Below are positions 58,534-64,000 of a stretch of 64,000 bases of DNA, in pieces. Source of the stretch: an uncultured virus (IMG/VR IMGVR_UViG_3300036715_002708) (taxonomy: Duplodnaviria; Heunggongvirae; Uroviricota; Caudoviricetes); IMG/VR virus record IMGVR_UViG_3300036715_002708; one strand, given 5' to 3'. A program made the position numbers and the translations under genes. The notes under the pieces are model-generated. The model was not told where the DNA came from. It was given only the letters and a program-made list of their open reading frames with translations, and did not search any database. How positions within the stretch are numbered: position 1 is the first letter of the stretch; each line of letters starts with the position of its first letter.

Positions 58534-59751
58534 ATGGCAGATTTTCTGGCTGGTAAAAGCGATTCTGAAATTGCAAAGATTAAAATAGCGGCAGCTAAGA
58601 GAGAAGCTCATTCTAAATGTCCTTTCTTTGCGTTTCTTTTATTCGCTCCTAATTATAAAGAAATGCCAGACGAACTATGGACCAGTAGAGGCGGAGAGCC
58701 AACGATGGCAACTGACGGAGAGAATATTCTATATTCCGTTCAGTTTGTCAAGAACATTCCTATTGACCAGCTTATTGGCGTTCTTATACATGAAGTGTTG
58801 CACTGCGCTTTACTTCACGTCGTTAGAAAGGGTGTTCGTGATATTATTAAGTGGAACTATGCTATAGATTATGCTACCAATTCCATCATAACAAAAAATA
58901 ATATAAGCCTCCCACCCGGAAGCCTATACGACCCGAAATATAATGACAAGAGTGCTGAAGAGATTTATATCGACATCTCTAAAAATCCGCCAAATATAAA
59001 GAAAGTAAAAATGTTTGACATGCATATGTTTGGAGACGATAAAGACGACAAGAAAAAGAACAATGGTGGAGGCCAGAGTTCTAGTGAAAAGTTCAAGGAG
59101 CAGATGTGGAAGTCTCACCTCGCTAACGCCGCTGTTCAGGCACGCCAACAGGGGAAGCTCCCAGCTGGGATGGAACGTATTATCGAAGGAGTTCTGGAAG
59201 ATAAGATTCCTTGGCAGCAAATGCTTGCTCGCTATTTAAGCCCATTTGCTCTAAAAACTGATTATGATTGGTGCAAGCCTAATAAAAAGATGCTCCAGTC
59301 TGGTATCGTTCTTCCTGGGTTTAGCTCCGAAAGTCTCGAGATAGCAGTAGGAGTAGATACTTCTGGATCTATCAGCGAAAAAGACATCCAGTGTTTCCTT
59401 GGTGAAGTTCGAGGAATTATGAGTGTGGCTCAGTCTTATAACATTCATATTATCGGATGTGATGCAGCCGCTAATGAAGAAAATTATCATCTTGTCACAG
59501 AATGTGACCCAACCCTTCCCAAAGGTCTTGGAGGCGGGGGCGGAACTGATTTTCGTCCCGTCTTTGACCTTGTGGAAAAGAAGGGTATCAGGCCGGCTGT
59601 ACTTGTTTATTTCACCGATGGGTATGGAACATTCCCTGAAAAGCCCCCAGCATATGACGTTATCTGGTGTGTAGTTCCTGGTGGAGTAGGCGCCGAACAG
59701 ATTCCATGGGGCATGTATGTCAAGACAGAGTTTGAGCAAGAAGAAGGTTAG
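58534..59751 (+). CDS. HExxH metallopeptidase-like plus VWA domain protein (DUF2201-type), partner of the ATPase
   Basis: TMATDG, HEVLH, VDTSGS (MIDAS), GGGGTDFRP, YFTDG. Confidence 0.9.
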   Translation: MADFLAGKSDSEIAKIKIAAAKREAHSKCPFFAFLLFAPNYKEMPDELWTSRGGEPTMATDGENILYSVQFVKNIPIDQLIGVLIHEVLHCALLHVVRKGVRDIIKWNYAIDYATNSIITKNNISLPPGSLYDPKYNDKSAEEIYIDISKNPPNIKKVKMFDMHMFGDDKDDKKKNNGGGQSSSEKFKEQMWKSHLANAAVQARQQGKLPAGMERIIEGVLEDKIPWQQMLARYLSPFALKTDYDWCKPNKKMLQSGIVLPGFSSESLEIAVGVDTSGSISEKDIQCFLGEVRGIMSVAQSYNIHIIGCDAAANEENYHLVTECDPTLPKGLGGGGGTDFRPVFDLVEKKGIRPAVLVYFTDGYGTFPEKPPAYDVIWCVVPGGVGAEQIPWGMYVKTEFEQEEG

Positions 59752-59772
59752 CTGTATATTTAAAGGATAGAG

Positions 59773-59794
59773 TGGGCCGCCTGCAGGCGGCCCA
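59773..59794. repeat. perfect 22-bp palindrome
   Basis: TGGGCCGCCTGCAGGCGGCCCA. Confidence 0.8.
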
Positions 59795-59807
59795 GAAAGG
59801 AAATAAA

Positions 59808-59996
59808 ATGCCAGATAGATTTATTTATAGCAATACGGGAGCACTTGCCTACCGAGTTTCGGACCAGGGGAGTAGTATCTTTATATATAATGCCCAAGGC
59901 CAATTAGCGTATAGATACGACCGAGCTGCAAACATTACATATGATGCAACAGGTGGAATTGTTATGTTCGGTTCTATCCTACCGAACCTATCATAA
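59808..59996 (+). CDS. small beta-hairpin repeat protein
   Basis: Three (F/I)xY..xG.L.YR-like repeats; AAGGA RBS. Confidence 0.65.
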   Translation: MPDRFIYSNTGALAYRVSDQGSSIFIYNAQGQLAYRYDRAANITYDATGGIVMFGSILPNLS

Positions 59997-60536
59997 TGCT
60001 TCCTAACATGTGGTGGGGATATCTTCACTCGAATGGAACTATTCAAGTCAAAAGATGGTGGGGAAACCGCGCAGACTATACCACTGATTGTGAAAATAGT
60101 CCCTTTGTTGTTAGCGTAGTCCAACCCTTTGAGGCTAATAGTAGAGAGGACGCTATGCAGATTGCACGTGCGCATTTGTTTCCAATCCCGCACATCATTC
60201 CAAAACACCAATGAACGCATTGTTGAACTTTTGGCCTCGAAAAAATGATGAATATTAAAGAAGCCGCATATAAGGACAGTAGGAGCTGGTGGTGAGCAAG
60301 AAACATATAAATAGAGAACAAGAGCGACAGACAGTGAGACAAGAACAAAACTACGCGAACACACAGCGAATGCCGCTAGAACCACCTCGTTATGTTAAGC
60401 CTCCAGATTTCGATATTGTGATAGAGGGCTATGTTCCTTTCGGTGTTTTATGGAACAATATAAAAACTGAATGGCATAGCCGCTGGGATACTTTCACAAA
60501 TGTCATCAAGCAACGAATAGTGAAATATCTGGTATC

Positions 60537-61682
60537 ATGGCACCAACAAAACAGAAACCTATGAGCGACGAAATGAAATCGAGAAAGAGGAGAAGTGAAG
60601 TAGGTAACACTAGCTCTATTGCTTCAGTTTTAGAATTATCAAAAATTGTGTTCCTTATCGGTGGTGATTTCCTTACCTTGAAAAAAGACGGAACGGTCTG
60701 GGCCTGGGGGAAGTACAATGGCAATGGCCAACTCGGTAACGGGACAAACACCGAGAGCAATGTTCCCGTCCAAGTTTCAGGGCTCACTGGGGTAACGGCC
60801 ATCGCGGGGGGCGGTGCACATTCCCTCGCCTTGAAAAACGATGGTACGGTTTGGGCCTGGGGGTATAACGGCGATGGCGAGCTTGGCAACGGGACCAACA
60901 TCAATAGTAATGTCCCCGTTCAAGTCTCAGGGCTCACGGGAATCACAGCTATCTCAGCGGGCCATTCTCATTCACTCGCCTTGAAAAATGACGGTACGGT
61001 CTGGGCCTGGGGGTGGAACGGTTGGGGCCAACTCGGCAACGGGATCTGGGACAATAGCCAAGTTCCTGTTCGCGTTGCTGGGCTTACCCACATTATAGCT
61101 ATCTCTTCTGGCTACACGCATTCCATTGCCCTGAAAGACGATGGAACGGTCTGGGCGTGGGGATATAACAAATATGGACAACTCGGCAACGGAACTAGGG
61201 ACGATAGCTATGTCCCCGTTCAAGTTGCAGGACTTACAGGGATTACGGCCATCGCCGGAGGTAATGACTATTCCCTCGCCTTGAAAAATGATGGGACGGT
61301 ATGGGCCTGGGGGTGTAATTATTGGGGTCAACTCGGCAACGGGACCTATACAGACAGAGATCTCCCAGTTCAAGTTTCATGGCTCACTGACGTTACGGCC
61401 ATTGTTGGAAGTGGCGACCATTCCCTTGCCTTGAAAAACGACGGCACGGTCTGGGCCTGGGGGTATAACGGCGAAGGCGAGCTTGGCAACGGGACCAACA
61501 CGTGTAGCAATGTCCCCGTCCAGGTTTCAGGGCTTACCGGGGTCACCGCCATCGCGGGAGGTGGGGGACATTCCCTCGCCTTCAAAAATGATGGGACAAT
61601 CTGGACCTGGGGACGTAATAATTACGACCAACTCGGTAACTGGGGCAACACCGATAGCAATGTCCCCGTTCAGGTAACTTAG
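60537..61682 (+). CDS. RCC1/BLIP-II-type beta-propeller protein (7 repeats)
   Basis: RCC1 repeats; start position uncertain. Confidence 0.95.
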   Translation: MAPTKQKPMSDEMKSRKRRSEVGNTSSIASVLELSKIVFLIGGDFLTLKKDGTVWAWGKYNGNGQLGNGTNTESNVPVQVSGLTGVTAIAGGGAHSLALKNDGTVWAWGYNGDGELGNGTNINSNVPVQVSGLTGITAISAGHSHSLALKNDGTVWAWGWNGWGQLGNGIWDNSQVPVRVAGLTHIIAISSGYTHSIALKDDGTVWAWGYNKYGQLGNGTRDDSYVPVQVAGLTGITAIAGGNDYSLALKNDGTVWAWGCNYWGQLGNGTYTDRDLPVQVSWLTDVTAIVGSGDHSLALKNDGTVWAWGYNGEGELGNGTNTCSNVPVQVSGLTGVTAIAGGGGHSLAFKNDGTIWTWGRNNYDQLGNWGNTDSNVPVQVT

Positions 61683-61785
61683 TATAACGCCTAGTTTTCG
61701 AGTCAATGGTCGAAGATTCTGTGATATCATCAGTGCGTAATAGATTAGAAACGTTTGCACCACTTGAGCAGAAAGTGACAGTCAA

Positions 61786-62733
61786 ATGAAATCGGTCGGG
61801 ATTGCAAAACTATTTGATACATCTTCAGTTCCAGTGACCATTATATTCGGTAATGGATTGGGGCATGTTATTGCTTTTCAGAGTGATGGGACGGTTTGTA
61901 TTGGGGGAGGAGGTAACGGTACCGACGAACTTACAAACAAAATCAACACCAATAACAAGGTTCTAACCCCGATTTCGAGGCTCACGGGGATTACGGCTGT
62001 CGCGAAGGGCTTTTCCCATTCCCTCGCCTTGAAAGATGACGGGACGGTATGGGCCTGGGGTGCTAATAGTTACGGCCAGCTTGGCAATGGGATCTGGGAC
62101 AGTAGCGGTCTCCCCGTTCAGGTTTCAGGGCTTACCGGCGTTACGGCCATCTCGGTGGGCGGTAACCATTCTCTTGCCTTGAGAAATGACAGAACTGTCT
62201 GGGCGTGGGGGCGCAATAATCACGGCGAAATCGGTAACGGGACGAATACCAATAGCAATATCCCCGTTCAGGTTTCAGGGCTCACGGGGATCACGACCAT
62301 CACTGGGGGCGGATATCATTCCCTTGCCTTGAAAAATGACGGTACGGTCTGGGCCTGGGGGGGTAACTGGGACGGCCAACTCGGCAACGGGACTAGGGAT
62401 GATAGCAATGTTCCTATTCAAGTTTCAGGGCTCACTGGGATTACGGACATCGTTGGGGGTGGTTGGCATTCCCTCGCCTTAAAAAACGACGGTACGGTCT
62501 GGGCCTGGGGGTGGAACGGTTGGGGCCAACTCGGCAACGGGGTCTCGGGCAACAATAACAATCTTCCAGCTCAGGTTTCAGGGCTTATAGGGATCACGGC
62601 CATCACGGGGGGCGGTGCACATTCCATCGCATTGAAAAGTGATGGGACGGTCTGGGCGTGGGGGCGCAATAATCACGGCCAACGCGGTAATGGAGCCAAC
62701 ACCGATAGCAATGTCCCAGTTCAGGTGACTTAG
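61786..62733 (+). CDS. RCC1/BLIP-II-type protein (6 repeats, first degenerate)
   Basis: RCC1 repeats. Confidence 0.93.
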   Translation: MKSVGIAKLFDTSSVPVTIIFGNGLGHVIAFQSDGTVCIGGGGNGTDELTNKINTNNKVLTPISRLTGITAVAKGFSHSLALKDDGTVWAWGANSYGQLGNGIWDSSGLPVQVSGLTGVTAISVGGNHSLALRNDRTVWAWGRNNHGEIGNGTNTNSNIPVQVSGLTGITTITGGGYHSLALKNDGTVWAWGGNWDGQLGNGTRDDSNVPIQVSGLTGITDIVGGGWHSLALKNDGTVWAWGWNGWGQLGNGVSGNNNNLPAQVSGLIGITAITGGGAHSIALKSDGTVWAWGRNNHGQRGNGANTDSNVPVQVT

Positions 62734-62836
62734 TATAACAGCTAATTGTCGAGTCAATGGTCGCAGATTATGTAATATCACCAGTGCGTAGGGAATTAGA
62801 GACGTTTGCATCATTTGAGCAGAAAGGAACAGTCAA

Positions 62837-64000
62837 ATGAAATCATCCGAAATCGTAAAACTACTCAATGACTCTTCAGTTGTAGCTGTTGTAAGTAGCG
62901 GCTCACATTCCCTCGCCTTGAAAAGTGACGGGACGGTCTTGGCGTGGGGGAGGAATTTTGACGGCCAACTCGGCAACGGGACTAGGGACGATAGCAATGT
63001 TCCCGTCCAAGTTTTGGGGCTGAGCGGAATTACGGCTATCGCAGCGGGCCATTCTCATTCCCTCGCCTTGAAAAACGACGGTACGGTCTGGGCGTGGGGT
63101 GCTAACTGGTCTGGCGAACTCGGCAACGGGACCAACACGTGTAGCAATGTCCCCGTCCAGGTTTCAGGGCTCACTGGCGTTACGGCTATCGCTGGAGGCT
63201 TTTGTCATTCCCTTGCCCTCAAAAGTGACGGGACAGTCTGGGCATGGGGTGATAATGGAGGCGGCCAACTCGGCAATGGGACCAACACATGGAGCAATGT
63301 CCCCGTTCAGGTTTCAGGTTTAACTGGAATTATGGCCATTGCGGGGGGCTGTTATCATTCCCTCGCCTTGAAAAATGACGGTACGGTCTGGGCCTGTGGG
63401 TATAATGGTTTCGGCGAACTCGGCAACGGGACCAACTCCGATAGCAGTCTCCCCGTCCAGGTTTCAGGGCTCACTGGGGTAACGGCCATCGCGGGGGGCT
63501 GGTCTCATTCCCTCGCCTTGAAAAACGACGGTACGGTCTGGGCATGGGGGTGGAATTACCTCGGCGCACTCGGCAACGGAACCTGGAACAGTAGCAATAT
63601 CCCCGTCAAAGTTTCAGGACTTACGGGGCTCACTAAAATCGCGGGTGGCTATCTCCATTCCCTCGCCTTGAAAAACGACGGCACGGTCTGGGCCTGGGGG
63701 TGGAACGGTTGGGGCCAACTCGGCAACGGAACCAACACGTGTAGCAATGTCCCCGTCCAGGTTTCAGGGCTCACTGGCGTTACGGCTATCGCGGGAAGTT
63801 CTGGCCATTCCCTCGCATTAAAGAGTGACGGGACGGTCTTGGCCTGGGGATGTAATGATTACGGCCAACTTAGCAATGGGACCTACACTAATAGCAATAT
63901 CCCCGTCCACGTTTTAGGGCTCACAGGGGTTACGGCCGTCGTGGAGGGCAGTAATCATTTCCTCGCCTTGAAAAATGACGGGACAGTTTGGGCCTGGGGT
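62837..64000 (+). CDS. RCC1/BLIP-II-type protein (at least 8 repeats, runs off window)
   Basis: Not in ORF track; ATG at 62837 after AAAGGA, MKSSEIVKLLNDSS.., open to the window end. Confidence 0.93.
   Translation, partial: MKSSEIVKLLNDSSVVAVVSSGSHSLALKSDGTVLAWGRNFDGQLGNGTRDDSNVPVQVLGLSGITAIAAGHSHSLALKNDGTVWAWGANWSGELGNGTNTCSNVPVQVSGLTGVTAIAGGFCHSLALKSDGTVWAWGDNGGGQLGNGTNTWSNVPVQVSGLTGIMAIAGGCYHSLALKNDGTVWACGYNGFGELGNGTNSDSSLPVQVSGLTGVTAIAGGWSHSLALKNDGTVWAWGWNYLGALGNGTWNSSNIPVKVSGLTGLTKIAGGYLHSLALKNDGTVWAWGWNGWGQLGNGTNTCSNVPVQVSGLTGVTAIAGSSGHSLALKSDGTVLAWGCNDYGQLSNGTYTNSNIPVHVLGLTGVTAVVEGSNHFLALKNDGTVWAWG

Noticed and set aside
2797..62814. The many minus-strand ORFs in the track
   Set aside because: They are shadows of well-supported + strand genes, especially the repeat proteins, and show no recognisable motifs
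34242..64000. Diversity-generating retroelement acting on the RCC1 or 4-Cys genes
   Set aside because: No reverse transcriptase in the window and no template/variable repeat pair differing only at adenines; differences include indels and non-A changes. An RT elsewhere in the genome is not excluded
1..64000. Stop-codon reassignment explaining the short ORFs
   Set aside because: Known enzymes are full length in the standard code; TAA, TAG and TGA all end genes; adjacent array genes are mostly in different frames with their own RBS
1..64000. tRNA, tmRNA or rRNA genes
   Set aside because: No cloverleaf with a T-loop GTTCRA and acceptor stem found by eye; a tRNAscan/Aragorn run would be needed to be certain

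Overview
Almost certainly a 64-kb slice of a large (jumbo-type) bacteriophage or phage-like element, in an accessory/host-takeover region. No capsid, tail or replisome genes were seen. From about 1.1 kb onward essentially all credible genes are short, tightly packed, on the + strand and often preceded by AGGAG-type RBSs. One minus-strand gene (the N-terminus of an RNA ligase) runs off the left edge, across a repeat-rich divergent non-coding region. The dominant feature is a family of about 51 paralogous, roughly 100-140 aa, four-cysteine proteins that I cannot assign to a known family: 34 consecutive genes at 5842-17683, 8 at 27937-30727 and 9 scattered copies. They have conserved terminal helices and hypervariable inter-Cys loops. 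A second diversified repertoire is formed by five RCC1/BLIP-II-type beta-propeller genes, four of which share shuffled blades. The genes from about 1.4 to 5.7 kb are separated by covarying CAGTATCY..RGATACTG hairpins. Recognisable enzymes: two RNA ligases, a CCA-adding/HD enzyme, three other nucleotidyltransferases, a metallophosphoesterase, a WGR-DNA ligase, ClpP, an SLT transglycosylase, an AAA+ ATPase, a MoxR-type ATPase with a VWA/metallopeptidase partner, a CX5R phosphatase and a GNAT. An orphan HicB and a P22 gp17-like protein are also present, along with several candidate structured RNAs. All calls come from reading motifs by eye; no database search was run.
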